Part shown: positions 35,647-49,718 of the stretch, one piece after another | Numbering within the stretch: position 1 is the first letter of the stretch | Layout: each line of letters begins with the position of its first letter | NCBI GenBank assembly: GCA_964187785.1 | Contig: OZ076409.1 | Coordinates: forward strand, 75,084,001 to 75,148,000 | Direction of reading: 5' to 3' | From: Amphiscolops sp. MND2022 | Taxonomy: Eukaryota | Length of the DNA: 64,000 nt | Notes under the pieces: generated by a model | The model's input: the letters and a program-made list of their open reading frames with translations, nothing else | The model's database searches: none | What the model was told of the DNA's origin: nothing | Made by a program: the position numbers and the translations under genes

Positions 35647-37829
35647 GTGGAGGTTATTTTATAATAATTAAAGTGTTTTTTTCCGGAGTTTGTGGCTTTG
35701 GAAAAAACAAAAGGCGAGAAATTGGGCACTCCGGGCTGAACCGTAAAGGCCGATTTTATACTGTAAAAAACGCCCATTCTAACTACGATCTTGAAACCCA
35801 GCCGTACGTTTTTGCTGAAAATTTGCATGCGGCTACAAAATCAGATTCTAAGAACTTTTTTCTGCTGACTTTTTTTTGGAATTTTTTTGTACGTTTCCCC
35901 CCCGCCCCCTAAAGGGGTCAATTTTCCCCAATTTTGTACTTATGAGTCATATTCTCAAAACTGGTTGATCTGAGAGCAATCCTTGTGGAGAGAACTTTTG
36001 TAGAGCGCTCTTCAGTTGACTTTTTGGAGTTTTTACTTTGGTGGTACGTTCACCCCCCACAGCGGAAATAGCGTTTTTGTAACTTCCGGTCGAGCAATTT
36101 TCCACCCAAAAATTAGAATTATGCCAGTTTAGAGCACGAAGCAGTAGTTTTAGCGTGTTCATACTCTCCTGAAGTTTTGTTGGGCGTATTGAGGTAGACA
36201 TGATATCAAGTGTTCAGTTCACCCCCATCACCCCCTGGACCGGAAATGAACTTTCTTTTTTCCCCTTTCTTACAGGAAGTGTCGATTTTCACCGATAAGG
36301 AGTCCTTGTACGAGCAACTAGCAGGGCATCAAAATTGACGTACCACCTGGGGTCAACTTAGTGACCACGTGTTGTCCAGTCATGGGTACCGCCATGACCG
36401 GAAATGGGGTCAAAACCCCCCTTTTAGTTGTTATTTTATCAATTTGACTAGTGTTTGGTCCACATTCAAGTCGCGTAAAACAATTGAACCTGTGTGAGCA
36501 TAAACTGCATGTTCACTGCGTAGACGTAACAGACACTGCCAGATACCGGAAGTAACCCCCGTGACCGGAAGTTGTCATTTTTGACCGGAAATGGTCCAAA
36601 AAATAGCGTAAATGCAGTTTTTCACTGCTTTTTAAGGTCAAGTTATTACTTTTTTCAATCTGCACGAGCTTGTCTTCAGGTTCGCTTTTGTTACCCGTGC
36701 ACAGCGCAACAAATATACATCTGTAAAATTTTCTCTATAATATCGTCGGAGAGAGAAATAACGGGTTATTGGGGCTTTTTTTCAAAAATATTAGTCTATA
36801 TCTGTAATTTTTGTCCAAAGTTATTCAACAGTACTACCACAGAGGTTAGTCTCTGCCCAAATACATGCCTAACAAAACTACTTGTCACATTCGTCTCAGT
36901 TTGAGCGCTCCAGCTTTGCCTGGTCATAAGTTAAGTGACATAGAAAATTTTCATTTTTTTTCAAAAAAAATTTCTCGCCTTCAGTTCCTCCAAAGTAAAG
37001 AAACTTCCACACAACTAGGATTGCAAGTGGATGCATGTGGCAAGCCCTATAATTGAAGCACAAAAAACCGCTTAGGACGTCTCTTTATCGTAATTTGACG
37101 TTAACGTATGGTGCTTTGAATGAGAGCTTGCTAAGGGGTCGAGAAGTCAAAGTATGTAAATGGAACGTATGTCTCGTCGAAAAGTCATCGGAATACATGC
37201 AATGAACCCCAATTGCCCTCAATTGCAGCTGCCTAGTGCAACAACGTCTTTCAGGGACCTTTAACCTATTTTTATTAGTGTCAAAACTATTTTAAATTCA
37301 GTTAGCAAGAAACACTTGAGTGCATTCTCATCTCTCCCCAGCGGGTGAGATGAGAATGTTCTTGCTAAAAGCCAGGTACTACGGCCCACTTTTGTTTTAA
37401 TGCGACGCATTCTCTGCTTTAGCACATAGATATTTTTATTTCGCCTGATTTTCTGTATACACTCTGACTTGTTATTATGAGTTCCTCGTCATTACTTTAC
37501 ATAAATTTACAATCATCAAACGTTATCGTCAACGCCATATAGATTTAGGCGCCCACCATTCCGTAGGTATGTCCAGGCACACTTTTCGATTACGTATGTC
37601 AAAACGCAAACGCGATAAAAAGTGCTAAAATTCAGAAACAGTGACAAACAAATTTGACTATTTGACATATGGGAGGTTTTCATATGGAACTTACACATAG
37701 CTGACATTTCACTACATTGCAGCTGACGCCCACATACCAACATCAACGCCCACTGTCCGTGGGCATGCCGAGGCATGCCCTTCGACGACGTATGGCAATT
37801 ACCTTCCACCGACGCGCACTCTCCCCTAG
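35647..37829 (+). mobile_element. Unit 26, family C variant (2183 bp)
   Basis: Starts GTGGAGGTTATTTT like unit 32; C-type body; ends CTCTCCCCTAG. Confidence 0.7.
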
Positions 37830-39218
37830 GTGGTTGGGGCGGTCCCCAGAACGCACAAGGAGGCGCGGGGAGGGTCCTGCGCCGACGTAGAATAATTTCA
37901 TATAATACTAGTATCCTACATGGGTGTTTTAGAGGCGATTTTGGAATCTAACCGTAGGATTTGGATAATTTTTTGCATGCGGCCATAACTCGAAATTCTA
38001 AGAACTTTTTCCTACTGTCATTTTCCCCGCAAATTGTTTTTTGTTGACTTATGGCCGAAAAACCGGAAATAACGTCCTTTTTAGACGTTATATCCGAAGT
38101 GTCGTCATAACTTTTTTCCAGGGCATGCTAGCGTTCTTCTTCACTTTTACACTTAGTTGCAGCATCTCAAAATACAACTGGTGGAAACTTTTGGTTGCAT
38201 TCGGATCACCCCCCACCGAGATAGAAGGCTTCCCCCCTCCAGATTTACCCCCCAAATTTGCAAAAAAAGCCAATTTTGAGCATGAAGCCGAGGATTTAGC
38301 GTACCCGCACCCTCCTGATGTTTTGTTGTACGTATTGGGGTCAATCTGACGACATGTGCGGTTTTCACCCCCAACCCCCCCTTGGACCGGAAATGACACT
38401 TTTTTGTGTTTTTTGGCAGAATTTAGCCTTTTTCATTATTAGGCAGTCGTTTTAGGGACTCCTAGCAGGATATCGAAATTGAAATACAACCTGATCACAA
38501 CCCAGTGACAACATGTTGGCCACTTGGAGGTATCATCATGATCGGAAGTGGGGTCAACCCCCCTTTTTGTGACCGCTTTTTGACCTTGTGCACCAAAATG
38601 CCAACATCTTGAGGCCTAATGAGGCATTCAAATCTGACAAAGATAAAATGTTAGACAACCGAAGTCCCGGAAGATCTTTAGCATATACCGGAAGTTACCC
38701 CCCATGACCGGAAGTTACCCAATGTGACCGGAAATGGTCCAAAAATTAATGTAAAGTTGAATTTTTCACTATTTCAAGACCACTTAATTGAAACTTTTCA
38801 ATCTCAAAACTAGCGTACTGGCTTGTTTTGCTGAATTTATGGAAATTGATGAGCTCTATCGCCCCCGATAGCCTTCGAAGTTGACCTTGCGTCAATTTTG
38901 GAGGCTATCGATAAAGAAAAATGAACAACAAAGTACATTGTTGCTCTCGTTTTTTTCCCGTTGTTTTTCCTCAAACATTCTTGAGACATATACATGGCCG
39001 TTAGTTGAAATCAATATTTAGCCCATGTTATAGCTGGAGCAGCGAAGCGTTACACAGACTAGTGTGGTTTTGAAATCACACTATTTAAATTAACAACTGA
39101 CCGTCTTAGTCAACTCCACACATTCATACCAACGCCCACCGTCTGTGGGCATGCCGAGGCATGCCCTTCGACGACGTATGACGAATCTAATCCAACGACA
39201 CCCGCAGTCCTCAGCTAG
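37830..39218 (+). mobile_element. Unit 27, family B (1389 bp)
   Basis: Near-identical to unit 18, different neighbours. Confidence 0.7.
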
Positions 39219-41398
39219 GTGGATGTTATTTTATAATAATTAAAGTGTTTTTTTCCGGAGTTTGTGGCTTTGGAAAAAACAGAAGTCGAGAAATTTGGCA
39301 CTCCAGGCTGATCCTGTCTAGTCCAAAATATACTATCAAAAATGACCCATTTTTCTCCGATCTCGAAACCCAACCGTAGGATTTGGCTGAAAATTTGCAT
39401 GTGGCTCCAAGTCAATGAGTGATGAAAAAGTGTAGAAGTGACTTTTCCTGGGAAAATTGTTTTTGTTGCACTTTTTGCGCAATTTTTGGCCGATTGTTGC
39501 GTTTTTTATGTCACTTTCGACATTTCCGGCAAAAAACTCATGGATGCTTTGATCCTAGCGCATCAAGTGTTACGACCAAAAAGTTACAACATGTTCTTTT
39601 ACGTATGCTGAGAAAATTTGGTCGCAATCGTATTACCCCCCACTGAGATAGAGGGGAACTTCCGGTGGATTTTAGCACCCTGAAAACGAGGACCTCCTCA
39701 ATTTCAGCAGGAAGCGGTAGTTTTAGCGTTCTCATACCCTGCTGACGTTTTGTTGGGCATATTGAGTTAGTCATGATATCATGTGTTCAGTTCACCCCCC
39801 ATCACCCCCTGGACCGGAAATGAACTTTTTGTGCACTATCATACCGGAAGTCTCCAATTTCAACGTTAAGCAGTCCTTGTACGAGCAACTACCAGGACAT
39901 CAAAATTGAAGTACCACCTAAAGTCAATGCAGTGACTACGTGTTGTCCAGTCATAGGTTCCGCAATGACCGGAAATGGGGTCAAATCCCCCTTTTTTGTT
40001 GCTTTTTAACAATTTGACTAGTGTTTGGTCCACATTCAAGTCACATAATTCAATTGAACCAGTGTGAGCATAAACTGTATGTTCACTGCGTAGACGTAAC
40101 TGACACTGACAGGTACCGGAAGTAACCCCCCCATAACCGGAAGTTGTCATTTTTGACCGGAAATGGTCCAAAATGTAGCGTAAAATCAGTTTTTCACTGC
40201 TTTTTGAAGTCAATTTAATTCATTTTCAATATTGGCGAGCTTGTATTCATGTTCGTTTTTGTTACCCGTGCACTTTGCAACAAATATACATCTGTAAAGT
40301 TTTCTCCATAATATCTTCGGATAGAGAAATAACGTGTTTTCGGGACTTTTTTCAAAAATATTACACTATATCTGTCATTTTTACCCAACGTTTTTCAACA
40401 GTACAACCACAGTGGTTAGTCTCTGCCCAAATGTATGCCTAACAAAACTATTTGGCCCATTGACCTCAGTTTGAGCGTTCCAGCTTTGCGTGGTCATAAG
40501 CTAAGGGACTTGAAAAATTTTCAAACTTTTTCAAAAAAACAATTTCTCACCTTCATGTCTCCCAAAGTAAAGAAACTTCCACACAACTAGGATTGAAAGT
40601 GGATGCATGTGACAAGCCCTATAATTAAAGAAAAAAATGCCACTAAGAACGTCTCTCTATCGTAACTTGATGTTAACGTATGATACTTTGAATGAGAGCT
40701 TGATAAGAGGTCGAGAAGTCAAAGTGTGTAAATGGAACGTATGTCTCGTCGAAAACTCATCGGAATACGTTCAATGAACCCCAATTGTCCTCAATTGCAG
40801 ATGCCTAGTGCAACACCGTCTTTCAGGGACATTTTACACAATTCCATAAGTGTCAAAATTATTTTTAAATTCAGTTAGCAAGAAACACTTGAGTACATTC
40901 TCATCTGTCCCCAGCGGGTGAGATGAGAATGTTCCTGCTAAAAACTAGGTACTACGGCCCACTTTTGTTTTGTTGCGACGCATTCTCTGCTTTACCACAT
41001 ATATATATTTATTTCTCCTGATTTTTTGTACACACTCTAACTTGTTATTATAAACTTCTCGTCATTACTTTACATAAATTTACAACGTTATCGTCAACGC
41101 CACATACATTTAGACGCCCACCATTCCGTAGGTATGTCGAGGCATACCTTTGATTACATGTCAAAACGCAAACGCGATAAAAAATGCTGAAATTCAGAAA
41201 CAGTGACAAACGATTTTGACTATTTGAAGTATGGTAGGTTTTTTTATGGAACTTACACATCACTGACATTTCACAACATTCCAGCTGACGCCCACATACC
41301 AACATCAACGCCCACCGTCCGTGGGCATGCCGAGGCATGCCCTTCGACGACGTATGCCAATTTATTTCATATCTACACCCAACCGCGGTAGCAGCTAG
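39219..41398 (+). mobile_element. Unit 28, family C (2180 bp)
   Basis: Diverged full-length relative of unit 24. Confidence 0.7.
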
Positions 41399-43576
41399 GT
41401 GGATGGTATTTTATAACAATTAAAATGTTTTTTTCCGGAGTTTGTGGCTTTGGAAAAAACAAAAGGCGAGAAATTGGGCACTCCAGGCTGAACCTAAAAA
41501 CACCCTAAAATTCGCCCGATTTTTTTACGATCTCGAAACCCAACCGTACGATTTGGCTGAAAATTTGCATGTGGCTCCTAATCAATGAGTAATGAAAAAG
41601 TGTAGAAATGACTTTTCCTGGGAAAATTGTTTTTGTTGCACTTTTTGCGCAATTTTTGACCGATTGTTGCGTTTTTTATGTCACTTTTGACTTTTCAGGC
41701 AAAAAACTCATGGATGCTTTGATCCTAGCGCATCCAGTGTTTCGACCAAAAAGTTGCAGCATGTTCTTTTACGTATGTTGAGAAAATTTGGTTGCCATCG
41801 TATTACCCCCCACTGAGATAGAGGGGGACTTCCGGTGGATTTTAGCACCCTAAAAACAAGGACCTCCTAAATTTCAGCATGAAGCGGTAGTTTTAGCGTG
41901 CTCATACCCTGCTGAAACTTTGTTGGGCATAATGAGATTGTCCTGATATCATGTGTTCAGTTCACCCCCCATCACCCCCTGGACCGGAAATGAGCTTTTT
42001 TTGCACTATCATACCGGAAGTCTCCAATTTCACCGTTAAGCAGTCCTTGTACGAGCAACTACCAGGACATCAAAATTGAAGTACCACCTGAGGTCAACAT
42101 AGTGACCACGTGTTGTCCAGTCATAGGTTCCGCTATGACCGGAAATGGGGTCAAAACCCCCTTTTTTGGTTGTTTTTTAACAATTTGACTAGTGTTTGGT
42201 CCACATTCAAGTCGCGTAAGTCAATTGAATCAGCGTGAGCATAAACTGTATGTTCACTGCGTAGACGTAACTGACACTGACAGATACCGGAAGTAACCCC
42301 CCGTGACCGGAAGTTGTCATTTTTGACCGGAAATGGTCCAAAATGTACCGTAAAATCAGTTTTTCACTGCTTTTTAAAGTCAACTTATTACTTTTTCAAT
42401 CTCCGCGAGCTTGTATTCAGGTTCGTTTTTGTTACCCGTGCACTTTGCAACAAGTATACATCTGTAAAATTTTCTCTATGATATCTTCGGATAGAGAAAT
42501 AACATATTTTTGAGACTTTTTTCAAAAATATTAGACTATATCTGTCATTTTTACCCAAAGTTTTTCAACAGTACAACCACAGTGGTTAGTCTCTGCCCAA
42601 ATTTATGCCTAACAAAACTATTTGGCCCATTGGCCTCAGTTTGAGCGTTCCAGCTTTGCGTGATCATAAGCTAAGGGACATGAAAAATTTTCGAACTTTT
42701 TTCAAAAAAAAATCTCACATTCATGTCTCCCAAAGTGAAGAAACTTCCACACAACTAGGATTGCAAGTGGATGCCTGTGGCAAGCCCTATAATTGAAGAG
42801 AAAAATGCCGCTTAGAACGTCTCTTTATCGTAACTTGACGTTAACGTATGGTGTTTTGAATGTGAGCTTGATAAGGCGTCGAGAAGTCAAAGTGTGTAAA
42901 TGGAACGTACGTCTCGTCGAAAACTCATCGGAATTCATGCAATGAACCCCAATTGTCCTCAATGGCAGTTGCCTACTGCAACAACGTCTTTCTGGTACTT
43001 TTCACCCACTTTCATAAGTGTCAAAATTCTTTTTAAATTCAGTTAGCAAGAAGTACTTGAGTACATTTTCATCTCTCCCCAGCGGGTGAGATGAGAATGT
43101 TCTTGCTTAATGCCAGGTACTACGGCCCCCTTTTGTTTTAATGCGACGCATTCTCTGCTTTAGCACATAGATATTTCATTTCGCCTGGTTTTTTGTATAC
43201 TCTCTGACTTGTTATTATAAAGTTCTCGTCATTACTTTACATAAATTTACAACCATAAATCGTTATCGGCAACGCCACATACATTTAGACGCCCACCATT
43301 CTGTAGGTATGTCGAGGCATACCTTTCGATTACCTATGTCATAACGCAAACGCGATAAAAAGTGCTGAAATTCAGAAACAGTGAGAAACAATTTTCACTA
43401 TTTGACATATGGTAGGTTTCTATAGGGAACTTACACATCACTGACATTTCACAACATTCCAGCTGACGCCCACATACCAACATCAACGCCCACCGTCCGT
43501 GGGCATGCCGAGGCATGCCCTTCGACGACGTATGCCAAATTTTTTAAAATCTACACCCAATTGCGGTAGCTGCTAG
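41399..43576 (+). mobile_element. Unit 29, family C (2178 bp)
   Basis: Appears identical to unit 24 by eye. Confidence 0.7.
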
Positions 43577-46500
43577 GTGGTCAGTGCTGTTGCGTTCATT
43601 TTTTTCCGGCCGTGGGGGAGGGCCCCTCTGAGGCCGGTCATTTTTCAGGTAACAGCTTTCTTATACAAAAAAGCGGGAAAAAACCTCAGTGCTCAAATCC
43701 CAACCGTCAGAATGAGCTGAAATTTGGCATGTAGCTAGTGCATTGCAAATGATTAGGATGGGTTATAACGCTATGTTTGGCAAAATTGGTTTTGTTGCAT
43801 TTTTTTTGTCATATAGGGCCAAAAATGGCCTTTTTTGCGTATTTTTTGCTTGACTAGCTAATAACTCGCGTTGGGTTGGTACTAGCGATACGGGTGTGGG
43901 GTATGGAATTGTAAGAATACCAAGTACCTTGCTGATCACGTTTTTTGATTTCCGCTCACATCACCCCCCGCGCCGGAAATGCCCAGTTTGTCACTTCCGG
44001 TCGCAATTTTTGACTTTTTTGGATGGAGTCAAAACCCATTTCCGGTGTGAAGGAGTGGGTTGAGCGCTTCGACCCCAATATACTAAAAGTAGGTTTAGAC
44101 AAAGTCCTATTAGGAAAAAAGTAACGTAAGCCCGTACCTATCACCCCCTCACCGGAAATAGGGGTCACGCCTCCTTTTTCTGTGTTGCAAAAGTGACATG
44201 TGCACATTTGTCCAACTCCGAAGCCCCGGAGCACTGTGGGACCCTTATACTTTCTAAACACCTATCCCACACGCTACCGGAAGTGACCGGAAGTTTCACC
44301 GGAAATGACATCCTTGGACCGGAAATGGTCAAAAAAGGACTTTTTCAATAAAAAATAGACACTTTTGGTGCAATTTTTAGGCAAAAAGCATAATTCGTGA
44401 TACGCTTGTTGCAGTTGAAAGGGCCATTGTTCAGCAAGAATGCATACAGCATTACGTAGCACATCAAGTGGTTGATAATTTTTCGTCCATAATATCCATA
44501 GAACCGGAAATGGCCATTTTTGAATCGGAAATTTCTTCAGCTTGATTTTTAACAAGTTTTTCCACAATATTAGTGTAGGAATTGCTCGTCGGATGCTTTA
44601 GGTCTATTTTAAAATTAGCTAACTGCTTCTTAGAAATGTATTTCAGAAATCCCAACCAGTTCCAGATTACCGGAAATGGGAGTAATTGCCTCCTTTATGA
44701 CCTTTGAATGATAAATTGTTAAAATCCGCAATTTATTTTATTCCACAACTGTTGCTCAGGTTATATCTAAGCAATAACATCTGCTTGTTTTGAAGTGCTG
44801 TATTGTGGGAGATACAAATATTGCTTTTTAATAGTAATACATACGTGATATTCGCCGCAATAAAGATTTTTCAAATCAACCATTTTGAAGTCCTACTGGT
44901 GTTCCGCACACCCGAAATAATTTAAGTTTCTAGTTTCGATTTTCAGGCTTCCGCGACTATTGAGTTGAGATGATAGTTTTCACGTTCTCTGCAAAACGGG
45001 CATTTCATTGTGTATGTGACATTTATTGGGTTGTTTCACATGGTAATTCAAAACTAATTGATCATACAATTTAGAACAATTGAAAATTTTCAATTGAACA
45101 ATAAATGTTTTAATAATTTTTCTTTCGTTAAAGATACTCTTTTGTGGCCATTAGAACAGGTTGAATTGGTTGAATAAGTAACCAGTGCGATACATCGTTT
45201 AATACATAGCGTTTGACATCGTTTTCTTGCGAACAAAGACAGGCATGATTTGTTGGAAGTTTTTACCATATCGCTTCAAATCGGTCGTGACAAACAATGA
45301 ATTTCTCGTTTTAATTGCTACTTCGAAAGCAGCCTGAAAACGCAAATCGATATATTGAGTTATGGAGATGCAACTAAGCATTTCCAGTCTGGGTTTCAAT
45401 TTAATTCTATCACTCCGGACTACTTTTATGTCGCAAAAGTGATAAAGGGTGTTAGCAAGGTTAAAAACATCGAACAATTTTAAAAATAATGCCTCCGGAA
45501 AGGGAAGAAAATTGAGTTTTCATGTCAAAACAATGATAACCACGTACGAAACATCAAGTATTTGTATTGTTCAATAGTCCAAAACATGAATGAAGTTTTT
45601 AAATATCCAAGAGTTTCTAATCAAGCATGCGTTTCAAATGTCTCACAGGGCAGCATCGTTTTCAAAAAACATTGCTTTCAATGTGGTTTCATACCAGCAA
45701 AACGAACGCAGGCACAACCACATTCTCAAAATTCTTGCACAACAACCAATTTCTTTGGAAATCCTGTTTGATTCCTCACGGTATATGGTGAGAACCCTGT
45801 TGGGTTCCAAAGTTGATGTGCTGTTTTCTTGGGTTTGCGAGATAAGTTACAACGGAAATCTGAAAGCAGGTCGTCTCAATAAAATACCTGTTGCTCTTTA
45901 AACGATTGGACTTAAGTAGTCGAAATTTATTCTCAGACACTTTCGATCAGAGAATGTTTGAGTCCTAACGTTCGAATCAGGTTGGTTTCAGGTGGCTCGA
46001 AGTGCCAGCTGAACCAACCTTTCAAATAAAGAAAAACCCCACACCTCCCTTCATGCCACGCTACCCCGTATAGCGTTTCAACTTGACAGAAATTGGAACC
46101 TTTGATTTTGGCGTCGCTTGGGATTGACACACCAGTGTTGATACTAAATTTGGCAAAGAGAAATCGCAGAAGGGATTGTTTCTGTTTTTCCCTTTGATTT
46201 AATGTGTCGAGCGTACAAAGCAGTTTGGGAAACTAACTTGCATTTCCACTGAACGAAAAGCAAAAGTAGTAACATTGAAAACTTCCGGAAAAAATTTAAT
46301 CAGGTTTCCGTATTTGTGAGATCAGCTGCCACTCAGTTATCAGTTACACCTTTCAAATTTTTAAGAACAACTAATCTAACTTTGCTCGACTCTCTTGGAT
46401 AAGGCAACAATAGTTTACTAATCTGTACTCGTGGAAAAAAGTCAACTGCCGGGTCAAAAACAATCTGTATGTAACTTTTCTCTCGTGCAAAGTTATTTTT

Positions 46501-46648
46501 TACCCCCTCTGACTCAACTATAGCATGTACGTAATGAAACCAATAACACCTTCAACTGTTAATCAACGCCCACCGTCCGTAGGCATGCCGAGGCATGCCT
46601 TTCGACGACGCGCGCCAAAAACAAATTAACGGCGCCACCCGCTTCTGG
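43577..46648 (+). mobile_element. Unit 30, family D (3072 bp)
   Basis: Full-length homology to unit 9; CTGG end. Confidence 0.7.
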
Positions 46649-49600
46649 GTGGTCAGTGCTGTTGCGTTCATTTTTTTCCGGCCGTGGGGGAGGGCCCCTC
46701 TGAGGCCGGTCATTTTTCAGGTAACAGCTTTCTTATACAAAAAAGCGGGAAAAAACCTCAGTGCTCAAATCCCAACCGTCAGAATGAGCTGAAATTTGGC
46801 ATGTAGCTAGTGCATTGCAAATGATTAGGATGGGTTATAACGCTATGTTTGGCAAAATTGGTTTTGTTGCATTTTTTTTGTCATATAGGGCCAAAAATGG
46901 CCTTTTTTGCGTATTTTTTGCTTGACTAGCTAATAACTCGCGTTGGGTTGGTACTAGCGATACGGGTGTGGGGTATGGAATTGTAAGATTACCAAGTACC
47001 TTGCTGATGACGTTATTTGATTTCCGCTCACATCACCCCCCACGCCGGAAATGCCCAATTTGTCACTTCCGGTCGCAATTTTTGACTTTTTTGGATGGAG
47101 TTAAAACCCATTTCCGGTGTGAAGGAGTGGGTTGAGCGCTTCGACCCCAATATACTAAAAGTAGGTTTAGACAAAGTCCTTCAAAGAAAAAAATAATGTG
47201 AGCCCGCACCTATCACCCCCTCACCGGAAATAGGGGTCACGCCTCCTTTTTCTGTGTTGCAAAAGTGACATGTGCACATTTGTCCAACTCCGAAGCCCCG
47301 GACCACCGTGGGACCCTTATACTTTCTAAACACCTATCCCACACGCTACCGGAAGTGACCGGAAGTTTCACCGGAAATGACATCCCCGGACCGGAAATGC
47401 TCAAAAAATGACTTTTTCAATACAAAATAGACACTTTTGGTGCAATTTTTAGGCAAAAAGCATAATTCGTGATACGCTTGTTGCAGTTGAAAGGGCCATT
47501 GTTCAGCAAGAATGCCTACAGCATTACGTAGCACATCAAGTAGTTGAAAATTTTTCGTCCATATTATCCATAGGACCGGAAATGGCCATTTTTGAATCGG
47601 AAACTTCTTCAGCTTGATTTTTAACAGGTTTTTCCACAATATTAGCGTAGGAATTGCTCGTCGGATGCTTTAGGTCTATTTTAAAACTAGCTGACTGCTT
47701 CTTAGAAATGTATTTCAGAAATCCCAACCAATTCCAGATTACCGGAAATGGGAGTAATTGCCTCCTTTATGACCTTTGAATGATAAATTGTTAAAATCCG
47801 CAAATTATTTTATTCCACAACTGTTGCTCAGGTTATATCTATGCAATAACATCTGCTTGTTATGAAGTGCTGTAATGTGGGAGCTACAAATATTGCTTTT
47901 TAATAGTAATACATACGTGATATTCGCCGCAATAAAGATTTTTCAAATCAACCATTTTGAAGTCCTACTGGTGTTCCGCACACCCGAAATAATTTAAGTT
48001 TCTAGTTTCGATTTTCAGGCTTCCGCGACTATTGAGTTGAGATGATAGTTTTCACGTTCTCTGCAAAACGGGCATTTCATTGTGTATGTGACATTTATTG
48101 GGTTGTTTCACATGGTAATTCAAAACTAATTGGTCATACAATTTAGAACAATTGAAAATTTCCAATTGAACAATAAATGTTTTAATAATTTCTCTTTCGT
48201 TAAAGATACTCTTTTGTGGCCATTAGAACAGGTTGAATTGGTTGAATAAGTAACCAGTGCGATACATCGTTTAATACATAGCGTTTGACATCGTTTTCTT
48301 GCGAACAAAGACAAGCATGATTTGTTGGAAGTTTTTACCATATCGCTTCAAATCGGTCGTGACAAACAATGAATTTCTCGTTTTAATTGCTACTTCGAAA
48401 GCAGCCTGAAAACGCAAATCGATCTATTGAGTTATGGAGATGCAACTAAGCATTTCAAGTCTGGGTTTCAATTTAATTCTATCACTCCGGACTATTTTTA
48501 TGTCGCAAAAGTGATAAAGGGTGTTAGCAAGGTTAAAAACATCGAACAATTTTAAAAAAAATGCGTCCGGAAAGGGAAGAAAATGAGTTTTCCTGTCAAA
48601 ACAATGATAACCACGTACGAAACATCAAGTATTTGTATTGTTCAATAGTCCAAAACATGAATGAAGTTTTTAAATATCCAAGAGTTTCTAATCAAGCATG
48701 CGTTTCAAATGTCTCACAGGGCAGCATCGTTTTCAAAAAACAGTGCTTTCAATGTGCTTTCATACCAGCAAAACGAACGCAGGCACAACCACATTCTCAA
48801 AATTCTTGCACAACAACCAATTTCTTTGAAAATCATATTTGATTCCTCAAGGTATATGGTGAGAACCCTGTTGGGTTCCAAAGTTGATGTGCTGTTTTCT
48901 TGGTTTGCGAGATAAGTTACAACGGAAATCTGAAAGCAGGTCGTCTCAATAAAATACCTGTTGCTCTTTACACGATTGGACTTAAGTAGTCGAAATTTAT
49001 TCTCAGACACTTTCGATCAGAGAATGTTTGAGTCCTAACGTTCGAATCAGGTTGGTTTCAGGTGGCTCGAAGTGCCAGCTGAACCAACCTTTCAAATAAA
49101 GAAAAACCCCACACCTCCCTTCATGCCACGCTACCCCGTATAGCGTTTCAACTTGACAGAAATTGGAACGTTTGATTTTGGCGTCGCTTGGGATTGACAC
49201 ACCAGTGTTGATACTAAATTTGGCAAAGAGAAATCGCAGAAATGATTGTTTCTGTTTTTCCCTTTGATTTAGTGTGTCGAGCGTACAAAGCAGTTTGTGA
49301 AACTAACTTGCATTTCCACTGAACGAAAAGCAAAAGTAGTAACATTGAAAACTTCCGGAATAAATTTAATCAGGTTTCCGTATTTGTGAGATCAGCTGCC
49401 ACTCAGTTATCAGTTACATCTTTCAAATTTTTAAGAACAACTAATCTAACTTTGCTCGACTCTCTTGGATAAGGCAACAATAGTTTACTAATCTGTACTC
49501 GTGGAAAAAAGTCAACTGCCGGGTCAAAAACAATCTGTATGTAACTTTTCTCTCGTTCAAAGTTATTTTTTACCCCCTCTGACTCAACTATAGCATGTAC

Positions 49601-49718
49601 GTAATGAAACCAATAACACCTTCAACTGTTAATCAACGCCCACCGTCCGTAGGCATGCCGAGGCATGCCTTTCGACGACGCGCGCCAAAAACAATATAAC
49701 GGCGCCACCCACTTCTGG
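46649..49718 (+). mobile_element. Unit 31, family D (3070 bp)
   Basis: Full-length homology to units 9 and 30; CTGG end. Confidence 0.7.
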
